NCBI GenBank assembly: GCA_964464115.1
Contig: CAYXEW010000006.1
Span: forward strand, 1-51,168
Length of the DNA stretch: 51,168 bases
Reading direction: 5' to 3'
DNA from: an uncultured Verrucomicrobiota bacterium
Lineage (GTDB): Bacteria > Verrucomicrobiota > Kiritimatiellia > CAYTQP01 > CAYXEW01
Shown here: positions 29,951 to 38,411 of the stretch, in pieces
How the letters are laid out: each line of letters starts with the position of its first letter
How positions within the stretch are numbered: the first letter of the stretch is position 1
Notes under the pieces: generated by a model
What the model was told of the DNA's origin: nothing
Databases searched by the model: none
The model's input: only the letters and a program-made list of their open reading frames with translations
Made by a program: the position numbers and the translations under genes

Positions 29951-30123
29951 CGGTCTACTACGGATAGATATTGAGGGTGGTGGTATCATGTCTCGCGAAA
30001 TCGAACGTCGTGTGATTTTCATGCTGGCGGTAGGCCTACAAGGCAGTCTTTGCAAGGATCTTGAATTTGAAGAAAAAAAACAGAATAGATTCATCGCTAC
30101 AAGGGATTATCGAGACGTGACCC
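29951..30123 (+). pseudogene. Degenerate, internally deleted REP-associated tyrosine transposase relic
   Basis: LRIDIEGG / WYHV / MSR.IERRVIF across frames matches the RAYT N-terminus pattern RPLRIEYPGAWYHVMSRG.ERR.IF. Ends with AGACGTGACCC. Confidence 0.55.
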
Positions 30124-30193
30124 GTTTTCAATTCTCATCTTGCGCCCACCCGCGAACGTATGACCTACTCAACCACACGAATGCTTGAGAAAT

Positions 30194-31519
30194 TCAGGCG
30201 CGCGAAGGGGCGAAGGCTTCTTTGAGGACGGATTGGAGGAGGTGGACGGCGTGGGTGCGGCTGTGTTCGATCTCCGTTTCCAGCTCGCGGCAGTGCGCCA
30301 TCAGCGCTTCTACCCGCTCCACAATCGCCGATTGCTCCGCCAACGGCGGGAGGGGGATGGGCATTATATGAATTGATTTCCCCGTCAAGTGAGGAATGCC
30401 AGCTCCGGTAAAAAACTTTTCAATGCATCCCGACCACGAGGTAAGGCGCATATAGTGATTGAAAAGCAGTGGAACATAGAAATTACCTAAAAAACGAACG
30501 CGGTGGAGAGCTTTCTGAAAGACTATCTTATCTTCATGCTCCCAGACGGCCGTACGACCGATCCCCCCACCGCCTTCACAAATTAAAACATCACCTTTTA
30601 TTACCGATAATGTTTCGATTTCATGTTTTTGCAATTTCAACAACTTTAGATCACTTCGGTCTACTTGATACCATCTGACATTTAAGTTTCTCAGATATGG
30701 AGTGTTAACCCCTTCGTTCTTTCCCTTATCTAACATTTTGCCAAGACAGTGTTCTGAAATGTCACCCAGACGACACCACTCCCAGCTTGCAGGTATTTCG
30801 AAGGGTATTTCGGCGGGGGTGATGGGTGGGATCGGGTTTTCTTTGCGGAGTTTTTTGTTGGCGATGAGGCGGGCTTTTTCCTTCTGGATGCGTTTGAGTA
30901 GTTCGGCGGCGGGTTCGGTGTCAGGGTTCGCGGCGCGCCAGTCGGCGGTCAGCTTCCCCTGGATTGCCTCCTGCAGAATGGCCTGCTTGAGTTTGACCAG
31001 CAGGGATTCCTGGTGTGCGTTTTCGGTTTCGAGTTTCAGTTGCTCGAACCGGATGCGATTGAGTTTATCGGCAATGGTTATCTGCTCGGAAAGCTCTGGC
31101 AGCTTCACCTTCAGTGGAAGAATGTGTTTGGATTTTAATTCGGTTTTTATGCCGCCGGGGATTTGTTCTTTGAGCAGATCGCTGAACTCGGAACTTTTGA
31201 AAAACCATTTCAGAAAATCGACGGATATTCGGTCGGGATTAAATTGATAGGCTGAGTAGTGAATGGTTGCCAGCACATCGTTTTCGTCTTCATAGACAGC
31301 AATCGCACCTTTGGCTGCATTGATACCGGAAATAACCAGATCACCGCATTGAGCGCGAATCATGTCGGTTTTGGTGTCTGTCTCTGAATCCAGATGAATG
31401 GTTCCAGAAAAATCGATTTTCTTGATGCGCTGGAGCCCGAGCTGGTTGGCCTCCTCGTGTTTGATTCGTCCGTCACGCTCGGTAAGGAAATCGGAGAGCT
31501 TTGTTAATGTCCAGCTCAT
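30194..31519 (-). CDS. hsdS: Type I R-M specificity subunit
   Basis: Two TRDs, each ending LPxLxEQxxI. Central LKQAILQEAIQGKLT...EPAAELLKRI...PFEIPASWEWCRLG. Ends LLQSVLKEAF. Confidence 0.95.
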   Translation of the reverse strand: MSWTLTKLSDFLTERDGRIKHEEANQLGLQRIKKIDFSGTIHLDSETDTKTDMIRAQCGDLVISGINAAKGAIAVYEDENDVLATIHYSAYQFNPDRISVDFLKWFFKSSEFSDLLKEQIPGGIKTELKSKHILPLKVKLPELSEQITIADKLNRIRFEQLKLETENAHQESLLVKLKQAILQEAIQGKLTADWRAANPDTEPAAELLKRIQKEKARLIANKKLRKENPIPPITPAEIPFEIPASWEWCRLGDISEHCLGKMLDKGKNEGVNTPYLRNLNVRWYQVDRSDLKLLKLQKHEIETLSVIKGDVLICEGGGGIGRTAVWEHEDKIVFQKALHRVRFLGNFYVPLLFNHYMRLTSWSGCIEKFFTGAGIPHLTGKSIHIMPIPLPPLAEQSAIVERVEALMAHCRELETEIEHSRTHAVHLLQSVLKEAFAPSRA

Positions 31520-31558
31520 CCCCGTTCCTCCCACTCCAGTTGTGCTTGTTGGAGTTGG

Positions 31559-31889
31559 GCCGCCCCTTCAGGGCTTGAAATATTCGGGGCATGGTTTCTC
31601 CAGGGCGTTGCCCCTGGGCTAACATAGAGCGCACCTTTGGTGCTGGAGACGAGGTTGCGGGATGATTTTCCAGGGCGTTGCCCTAGGCTGACATAGGACG
31701 CACCTTTGGTGCTGGGGAGGGTGTGACGGGATAATACCCCAAAGCGCTGCCTTTGACTGTCTTTGGTCGGTTCTTTGATCTGGAGAGGGGTGGTCGATGG
31801 CATTTCGCGCCCCGAAGGGGCACGCCATGACAGCCCAGGGCAACGCCCTGGGGTTCGTAAACGTCCCGATACCAAGCCCTGAAAGGGCG
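31559..31889. repeat. REP-like palindrome cluster downstream of the transposase
   Basis: CCAGGGCGTTGCCCTGGGCT-type palindromes at ~31600, ~31670 and (inverted) ~31832. Associated GCCCyTTCAGGGC and GCACCTTTGGTGC hairpins. Confidence 0.9.
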
Positions 31890-31891
31890 AT

Positions 31892-32344
31892 CTAATCCCA
31901 CATGTAGCGTTCATCATAGATGACCTTGTGTTTGGTGAGGAATGCCCGGTACTCCTCTTGAAAACTTTTCTTGCGATGGTGTTCCTTTTGATTGGTGATG
32001 TATTGCCGAACGGCCTCGACATTGGATTCGCTCACGGCAAACGCACCGTAACCTGCCTGCCACGCGAACCCCACGAAGGCCTCGCTCTGCGTTTTAATCC
32101 ACTTAGAAGATGATTTTTTGACGTCTTCGACGGCCTTGGCGACGGAGAGTGTTCGCCCTAAATCGAAGAGAATGTGGGCATGGTCTTCGACCGAGTTGAT
32201 TAAGATGGCGGGGGACCCCAGATTGTTCAGGACGGTGGCCATGTAGGCGTGAAGGGGGGGGCGAATAGTATCCGTGAGGCTCGGGTTCCGGTCTTTCGTG
32301 CTGAAAACCAGATGAATACAAAGGCGTGCAAGGGATTGTGGCAT
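31892..32344 (-). CDS. tnpA: IS200/IS605-family HUH Y1 transposase (REP-associated type)
   Basis: HLVFSTK, EDHAHIL (HUH), KKSSSKW, FAWQAGYGAF and YITNQKEHH. No tnpB. Confidence 0.93.
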   Translation of the reverse strand: MPQSLARLCIHLVFSTKDRNPSLTDTIRPPLHAYMATVLNNLGSPAILINSVEDHAHILFDLGRTLSVAKAVEDVKKSSSKWIKTQSEAFVGFAWQAGYGAFAVSESNVEAVRQYITNQKEHHRKKSFQEEYRAFLTKHKVIYDERYMWD

Positions 32345-32352
32345 GGGTTTAG

Positions 32353-32436
32353 GCCGCCCTTTCAGGGCTCAATTTGGTTTTTGTCGGTTTTCCCAGGGCG
32401 TTGCCCTGGGCTAACATAAAACGCACCTTTGGTGCT
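32353..32436. repeat. REP-like unit upstream of the transposase
   Basis: GCCGCCCTTTCAGGGCT...CCCAGGGCGTTGCCCTGGGCTAACATAAAACGCACCTTTGGTGCT, nearly identical to the unit at 31559-31644. Confidence 0.9.
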
Positions 32437-32618
32437 GAGGAAATGTGGCATAACCCTATCTGTAAACTGTTTTCGGGCAAGTGGTTATTTCGACTTTCAG
32501 ATTTTCCAGACAGTGTCTGGGATTTTTCATCGGCTAATTTCGCAGACGGTGTCTGCAAAATCTGTCCGATTTTGAAAAAATAGGCCAGATAGAAATTGCG
32601 TATCAAGTCTAAATTCAT
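32437..32618 (-). pseudogene. DUF1016/YhcG N-terminal fragment
   Basis: NLDLIRNFYLAY...ILQTPSAKL...KSQTLSGK resembles the NLxxMRxFY...QTxSxx motifs of DUF1016. ATGA-coupled to hsdM and cut off by the REP unit. Confidence 0.65.
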
Positions 32619-34048
32619 TTCAAGCCATTCTTGAGATGGGTGAGCAACTCACGGCTGCGATTAAAGGAGCCGAGGAGTTTTTCAATGATTTCTGCTGTGC
32701 CAAGGGATGCTTCCTCTTCTTCGCGGTGCGGATTCTTCACGTCCAGATCGAAGCCGCGTTTGAGGTCTTTGACGTTTACTTTCCAGGCGGTTTCGTTTTC
32801 CTCGCGGTTGTCCCACCATTCGATGAGCGGGGCGAATTCGTCGAATTGGATGGCTTTGGTCTTGGAGTAGCTTTTCTGGCCTTCGGGTAGGCGGTGTTCC
32901 CAGTACCAGATGTCTTTGGTGGGAGTGCCTTTTTCGAAGAAGAGCAGGTTGGTGGAGACGGTGGCGGGGAAGAAGGTGGATTGCGGCAGGCGGACGATGG
33001 TGTGGAGGTTGCAGTCAGTGAGCAGTTTTTCGCGGATGCGTTCCTTGTAGCCGTCGCCGGTGATGCAGCCGTCGGGCAGGACAATGGCGCAGCGTCCGCC
33101 GGGTTTGAGGAGCTGGATCATGAGGATGACGAAGAGGTCGGCGGATTCGCGGCAGCGGAAGGAGGCGGGAAAGTTGGTTTCGACACCGTCGGCAATACCG
33201 GCACCGAAGGGCGGATTGGCAAGGATGACGTCGATCTGCTGTTTGGGGCCGATGGTGTTGTATTCGGTTTTGAGGCTGTCGCAGTAGTGCCAGTCGGGCA
33301 CTTCGAGGCCGTGGAGGATGAGGTTGGTGAGTCCGAGCACATAGGCGACGGGTTTATATTCCCAGCCGGAGATGGATTTTTGCAGGACGGCTTCGTCGTC
33401 CAGGGTTTTGACTTCGTTTTCGCGGATGTGGTCGATGGCGGCGGAGAGGAAGCCGCCGGTTCCGGCGGCGGGGTCGAGCACCTTTTGTCCGAGCTTTGGA
33501 TCGGTCATCTGGGTCATGAGCCGGGTGATTGCACGGGGCGTATAGTATTCGCCTTTGTTGCCAGCGTCGCGCAGTTCGATGAGGATGGATTCGTAGATGG
33601 TTCCGAAGATGTGGCGGTCCTCGGAGTTGTTGAAGTCGAAACCGTTGAGCTGGTTGATGACTTTGCGCATGGCATAGCCGGATTTCATGTAGTTGTTGAG
33701 GCCGTCGAATACTTCGCGCACAATGGCGGCGCGGCGCGGGTGATGCGGGGCGTACAGTTTTTTGAGCTGGGCAAAGAGGCCATCGGACGGATGGTCGATG
33801 AAGAGCAGCAGGTCGTTGCCGGTGATGCCTTCGGGGTCTACGGCCCATGTGCGCCACTGAAACTTTTCGGGAATGACCGATTTGTAGCCGTCGCGGATGC
33901 ATTCAAGTTCCTGATCCTTTTCGTCGAGGATTTTGAGAAAGAGCATCCAGCCGAGCTGCTCCAGGCGCTGGGCATCGCCTGAGATGCCCTGATCTTCGTT
34001 GCGCATGATGTTGCGGACGTTTTTGATGATGGATGATATGTTCGCCAT
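32615..34048 (-). CDS. hsdM: Type I R-M methyltransferase subunit
   Basis: GDAQRLEQL.WMLFLK, GEYYTPR, LDPAAGTGGFL and ILANPPFG (N6-adenine). Confidence 0.97.
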   Translation of the reverse strand: MANISSIIKNVRNIMRNEDQGISGDAQRLEQLGWMLFLKILDEKDQELECIRDGYKSVIPEKFQWRTWAVDPEGITGNDLLLFIDHPSDGLFAQLKKLYAPHHPRRAAIVREVFDGLNNYMKSGYAMRKVINQLNGFDFNNSEDRHIFGTIYESILIELRDAGNKGEYYTPRAITRLMTQMTDPKLGQKVLDPAAGTGGFLSAAIDHIRENEVKTLDDEAVLQKSISGWEYKPVAYVLGLTNLILHGLEVPDWHYCDSLKTEYNTIGPKQQIDVILANPPFGAGIADGVETNFPASFRCRESADLFVILMIQLLKPGGRCAIVLPDGCITGDGYKERIREKLLTDCNLHTIVRLPQSTFFPATVSTNLLFFEKGTPTKDIWYWEHRLPEGQKSYSKTKAIQFDEFAPLIEWWDNREENETAWKVNVKDLKRGFDLDVKNPHREEEEASLGTAEIIEKLLGSFNRSRELLTHLKNGLK

Positions 34049-34051
34049 GGC

Positions 34052-34891
34052 TTAGTTCGATTCCTGTTTGGGTTGCCCGATCAGCCGCGCGGCATCGGCG
34101 GTGAGGACTTGCATTTGGCGGATGGCGATTGCGTTGAGTCGTTTCAGCCGTTCGGACTGGGGTAGTTTCATATGAATAAACTCGGCGTTCATTCCTTCGA
34201 TGTTAGCAAGAACGAGTAGCTGTTCGATTCCGGCGTAGTCGCGCATGTTTCCGTTGAGGTCGGGGTTGGCATCATGCCACTGTTTGGCGGTTTGCCCGAA
34301 GAGGGCGACGTTGAGTAAATCCGCTTCGTTGGCATAGGTGATGGAGGCCTGTGCGGGAGTAATTTCCGGCGGAATGAGGTGGTTTTTTACTGCGTCGGTG
34401 TGGATACGATAGTTTAGTTTGGAGAGGGTCCGGTTGAGGTTCCATGCTAGTGACAGCCGCTGGCTTTCGTCCTGTTTGAGCCGTTGGAACTCCTTGATGA
34501 GGTAAATCTTGAATTCAGGGCTGATCCACATGCCGAATTCGAAGGCGATATCCTTGTGCGCATAGGTGCCTCCGTACCGACCGGCAGTTGCCCGAATTCC
34601 GATGGCATTGGTTTTTGCTACCCATTCCTTGGCGCTGAGTTTGTAGCGGTTTAGGCCCACCTGACTTTTAATTATGGCGGATTCGCCATAATTAAAACGG
34701 GGGTTGTGGACACGCTCCCAAATGTCGAGGAATTCGACGGTATTACGGTTGCGCAGCCAGTCGGAAATGAAAAAATCGCCATCTTTGGCTTTCAACATGT
34801 CTGTCAATGAAATGAAATCATCCTTTTTGTCTGAGACTACGGTGATGGCATTCCCCTGAACGGTAATAACTGATTTTGTTTGTTTTTTCAT
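34052..34891 (-). CDS. KilA-N domain DNA-binding protein
   Basis: DFISLTDM, WLRNRNTVEFL, GRYGGTYAHKDIAFEF.MWISPEFK and GNMRDYA. Confidence 0.9.
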   Translation of the reverse strand: MKKQTKSVITVQGNAITVVSDKKDDFISLTDMLKAKDGDFFISDWLRNRNTVEFLDIWERVHNPRFNYGESAIIKSQVGLNRYKLSAKEWVAKTNAIGIRATAGRYGGTYAHKDIAFEFGMWISPEFKIYLIKEFQRLKQDESQRLSLAWNLNRTLSKLNYRIHTDAVKNHLIPPEITPAQASITYANEADLLNVALFGQTAKQWHDANPDLNGNMRDYAGIEQLLVLANIEGMNAEFIHMKLPQSERLKRLNAIAIRQMQVLTADAARLIGQPKQESN

Positions 34892-34894
34892 AGG

Positions 34895-37285
34895 TCAGGC
34901 GACTTCGTAGAGGCGGGTTGTAAGTTCCTTGATGGCCAGGTCGTAGTTAGACTTGCCACCGAAGGCGCGGACGATCTCGGGTGCGGTACCGAGGCGTTTG
35001 ATGGGGTCAAGGGTGATGATGGCGGCATTCTCGAGGTCGAGGAGGCCGTCGTCGGCGTATTTGTCCAGCAGGCTATCGATAACGCTGCGGGCGAGGTCGC
35101 CATACCGGGTGAAGTAGTTGCGTTTGCGCACATTCTCGGCGCGCTCCCGACGGGTCAGCGGCTTCTGTTCGAAGGCGACGTGGCAAATGAGGTCGAAGGG
35201 GTCGAAGGCGGAGCCGATTTCCTCGTTCAACGCGGCGAAGATGACGCCATGGGCCTCCAGTTCGTCGACAATAGCACGTTTCTTGTCGGCATCGCGCCAG
35301 GAGACGAGGAAAGCGTCCAGCGAGGCGTAGCTCGTGCGGACGTTCTTGCGGGTGTAGTCGCGGAGGCTTTCGGTGATGATCTTGCCGTCAGCGCCCATAT
35401 ATTGGACGCGCTCCTTGATGATAATGACTTCGACGCCGTTGACGATGACTTTGCGGCGTTTCCCGTATTCGCCGGAGCCCTCCTTGATTGTGATGTCCGG
35501 GGGCTCGGACTCGGGATAACGGATAGCATCGCCAGTGGGATCGTCGGAAATAGGGGTGTCATCCGTTTCCTCGTCGGTGCCGGAGATGTCATCGTCCTCG
35601 CCGACCTCCTTCACGCGGACGGGATCGCCGTCGAACGCCTTGTCGGCGAAGTGCGCGGTGACATTCCGGAAATCCATGATCGTGAAATAGTGTTTCCCGA
35701 AGTCTTCATTGATGCGGGTGCCGCGTCCTATGATCTGCTTGAACTCGGTCATGGAGCCGATGTTGGAGTCTAGCACGATAAGCTTGCAGGTCTGGGCATC
35801 GACACCGGTGGTCATGAGTTTCGAGGTGGTCGCAATGACCGGGTAAAGCTCGGTGGGGCTGATGAAGGCATCAAGATAGCGTTTGCCTTCCTCGTTGTCC
35901 CCGGTGATCTGCATGACGTATTTGCTGTTCGCCGAGACTAGATCGGCGTTGGCGTTGGCCAGTGCCTTGCGCATGCCTTCGGCGTGCTCGATATCGACAC
36001 AGAAGACAATGGTCTTGGAGAAGCGGCCGCTGCCCTTGAGAAACTCGGTGATCTTTTGCGCGACGCGTTCGCGGCGCTCTTCGACGACGAGGCATTTGTC
36101 AAAATCGGTACGGTTGTAGATGCGGTCCTCGACTGCCTGGCCGTCCTTATCCTTGAACCCCCTCGGCGGGCGCCACCCCTCGGCATCGATGTCGAGGGTG
36201 ACTTTGACGACCTTGTAGGGGGCGAGAAAGCCATCATCGATACCCTGCTTGAGAGAGTAGGTGTAAAGCGGATCGCCAAAATACTCGGAGCTGGAGACGT
36301 CCTTGGTTTCCTTGGGGGTGGCCGTGAGTCCAATGTGAGTGGCGCTATTGAAGTATTCGAGGATTTCCCGCCACTTGCTGTCTTCGCGGGCACTGCCCCG
36401 GTGGCACTCGTCGACGATAACGAGATCAAAGAAGTCCGGGCTGAACTGCCTATAAGCATCATTGTCCGTGTTCTTGCTGTCGGAAAGGCCCTGGTAAAGC
36501 GCGAGGTAGATATTGTAGGCGGTGTCGATTTGCTTGCGCTTGATGACCGTCATCGCGTCCTTGAAGTGGCGGAAGTCGCCGCGGACAGTCTGGTCGACCA
36601 GTGCGGTGCGGTCAGCCAAGAAGAGTATGCGCTTTTTGAGGCCGCTCCGCCAAAGGCGGTAGATGATCTGGAAGGCGGTGTAGGTCTTCCCGGTGCCTGT
36701 CGCCATGACGAGGAGATGGCGGTTGCAGCCTTCGTCCTTGGCAATGGCTTCAATGGTACGGTTAATGGCGATTTGCTGGTAGTAGCGCGGTGATCGGCCT
36801 GAGCTATCGGCGAAGTATTCCTGTGCAACGACCGGTTCGATGGTATCCGTGATTCCCTTGTGGGCTTTGTATTTCTGCCAGAGCTTTTCCGGACTAGGAA
36901 AGGAGTCCAGAGCAAGTTCGGTTTCGACGGCACCTGAGGTGACGGTGCGATCGTGGAAACAGAAGCCGTCGCCATTGCTGCTAAAGACAAACGGGATCTC
37001 CAAGGTTTCGGCATAGCCGAGAGCCTGCTGAATTCCGGCACCAACTGTATGTTTGTTGTCTTTCGCCTCAACGACGGCGATGGGAATATTCGGCTTGTAA
37101 TAGAGTATGTAGTCAGCGCGTTTTTGCGCCCCGCGCGTATGTAGCTTGCCGCGCACGGTGATGCGCCCATCAGTAAAACTGACTTCCTCGCGGATTTGGG
37201 TGTCTACATCCCAGCCAGCCGCCACTATGCTTGGCGTGATGAATTTGGTGCAGATGTCGCGTTCACTGAGGTCTTTTTTATTCAT
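34895..37285 (-). CDS. hsdR: Type I R-M restriction subunit (EcoAI/EcoEI-like)
   Basis: SERDICTKFITP, RADY..VEAK nuclease, MATGTGKT, DECHRG, GLTATP, QIIGRGTR and an EcoEI-R-like C-terminus. Confidence 0.97.
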   Translation of the reverse strand: MNKKDLSERDICTKFITPSIVAAGWDVDTQIREEVSFTDGRITVRGKLHTRGAQKRADYILYYKPNIPIAVVEAKDNKHTVGAGIQQALGYAETLEIPFVFSSNGDGFCFHDRTVTSGAVETELALDSFPSPEKLWQKYKAHKGITDTIEPVVAQEYFADSSGRSPRYYQQIAINRTIEAIAKDEGCNRHLLVMATGTGKTYTAFQIIYRLWRSGLKKRILFLADRTALVDQTVRGDFRHFKDAMTVIKRKQIDTAYNIYLALYQGLSDSKNTDNDAYRQFSPDFFDLVIVDECHRGSAREDSKWREILEYFNSATHIGLTATPKETKDVSSSEYFGDPLYTYSLKQGIDDGFLAPYKVVKVTLDIDAEGWRPPRGFKDKDGQAVEDRIYNRTDFDKCLVVEERRERVAQKITEFLKGSGRFSKTIVFCVDIEHAEGMRKALANANADLVSANSKYVMQITGDNEEGKRYLDAFISPTELYPVIATTSKLMTTGVDAQTCKLIVLDSNIGSMTEFKQIIGRGTRINEDFGKHYFTIMDFRNVTAHFADKAFDGDPVRVKEVGEDDDISGTDEETDDTPISDDPTGDAIRYPESEPPDITIKEGSGEYGKRRKVIVNGVEVIIIKERVQYMGADGKIITESLRDYTRKNVRTSYASLDAFLVSWRDADKKRAIVDELEAHGVIFAALNEEIGSAFDPFDLICHVAFEQKPLTRRERAENVRKRNYFTRYGDLARSVIDSLLDKYADDGLLDLENAAIITLDPIKRLGTAPEIVRAFGGKSNYDLAIKELTTRLYEVA

Positions 37286-37470
37286 GCAGCTATCCTTGGA
37301 TTGTTCTCCGCAATGAATTCGAGGAAGGCCTTGGGCTTCGAGCCTTCGAGGGCGACGGTCTTGTCGCTGAGGTAGCCAAGGGTGTCGAGCAGGTCGAGGG
37401 CGGCCTGCCGCACGGGGGCGGCGGCAAAGGCTTGGAGGCTAGATGCGATTCTGGAGCGATGGTCAGGCAT
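37282..37470 (-). pseudogene. 62-aa fragment resembling the N-terminus of a type IIG R-M/methyltransferase
   Basis: IASSLQAF...AALDLLDTLGYLSDKT resembles N-termini of large Eco57I-like enzymes that follow SNF2 helicases (recalled pattern). Its stop overlaps the hsdR ATG. Confidence 0.5.
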
Positions 37471-37473
37471 GGT

Positions 37474-37824
37474 TTATGTGTTGTCCTTGATTTTCAATAC
37501 GAGTTCTTCTGCAAAGTCATCCATCCTTGAAAAGGCAAAGCATTGTTTGCCGAGATCTTTAAGAGGAATACCAAGATGCTGGCGGGAAGGTATCGCAGAT
37601 TGCGATACCATGATATCTACCTCGGCATCAGTGAGTTGAAACATGAAGTCGAACGGGAAACGCTCCGCGTTGCGTTTTATCTGTTCGCGGAGACGGATGG
37701 GTTTGACCTCGTAGAATTCGGCCAAATCGCGATCGAGCATGACTTGCGTATCCCGGATGAGAAAGATGCGCGAGCCAATTGATTCTGGTGCAATCGCTAA
37801 TGAAGTGGGTTCTGTATTGCTCAT
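37474..37824 (-). pseudogene. ORF6N-domain protein, internally deleted
   Basis: IFLIRDTQVMLDRDLAEFYEV...IKRNAERFP.DFMFQLT (ORF6N) is joined at HLG directly to LKDLGKQCFAFSRM. The usual PYAFTEQGVAMLS block is absent. Confidence 0.75.
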
Positions 37825-38114
37825 GGCTTAGTCCCCATGATGACGAGCCAGGTGACGAGTTCGAGTCCATCCTCAGTAAGGCGGAAGTTCTTTTTTGCGT
37901 GCTTGCCGGAATCGATTTCCGAAATGAAGGACGGTTCCCCAAAGAGAAAGCGGAGGCTCGCTGCAGATTCCAGTTCGGATTTCAGCGCATCGTAGGCACT
38001 GACAGTAAAGTAGGCCGAAACAAACGAGAGCTTCGTCTCGGGCACGATTTGAGCACGAAGAAACTCGCCGACCGATCCGCGTTTCGGGCGATTGTCTTTC
38101 AAGCTGCTTGGCAT
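37821..38114 (-). pseudogene. SNF2/PLD-type helicase, internally deleted (N- and C-termini fused)
   Basis: DN..RGSVGEFL...SFVSAYFTVSAYDALK...RFLFGEP is the N-terminus of ~1000-aa R-M-associated helicases, and ELVTWLVI resembles their C-terminus. Only 97 aa remain. Confidence 0.65.
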
Positions 38115-38251
38115 AAGGCGTACCAACAACGGGGTGGTGTTTTCCGGTCATTCATTACTTTGAAAAGTATGGAATAGGCTCCTATAACACAAGCTAAAAC
38201 CGGGCAAACAACCAAGGAACAGCGTTTTCATTTTTCGCACTACGCACGCAT

Positions 38252-38410
38252 TGTCAGCGCCGGTTTGAAAGTGGTGTAAAACAGCCGGTTTGAAATTCCC
38301 GGCTGTTTTATTTGGATTTTTTAGTCCGGAATTTTCTTCCCCATCCGGTAGCTGCTGCCGGTGATGGTGTCGGTTTGGCGGTGATGCAGAAGGCGTTCGA
38401 GGATGGCGGG
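38252..38410. mobile_element. IS21-family terminal remnant
   Basis: Begins TGTCAGCGCCGG with a tandem GCCGGTTTGAAA motif (38259 and 38284), as in IS21 ends. Followed by HPVAAAGDGVGLAVMQKAFEDGG-type sequence. No istAB. Confidence 0.6.
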
Positions 38411-38411
38411 T

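Noticed and set aside
29916-30188. 90-aa ORF as a functional gene
   Set aside because: Better explained as read-through of a frameshifted transposase relic.
31559-31890. Possible CRISPR array
   Set aside because: Few units, mixed orientation, irregular spacing, no cas genes, and adjacent to a HUH transposase.
31516-32022. 168-aa ORF and nested small ORFs
   Set aside because: Translations of the REP palindromes overlapping tnpA.
32894-36793. Long + strand ORFs (362, 297 and 269 aa)
   Set aside because: Antisense shadows of GC-rich hsdM and hsdR.
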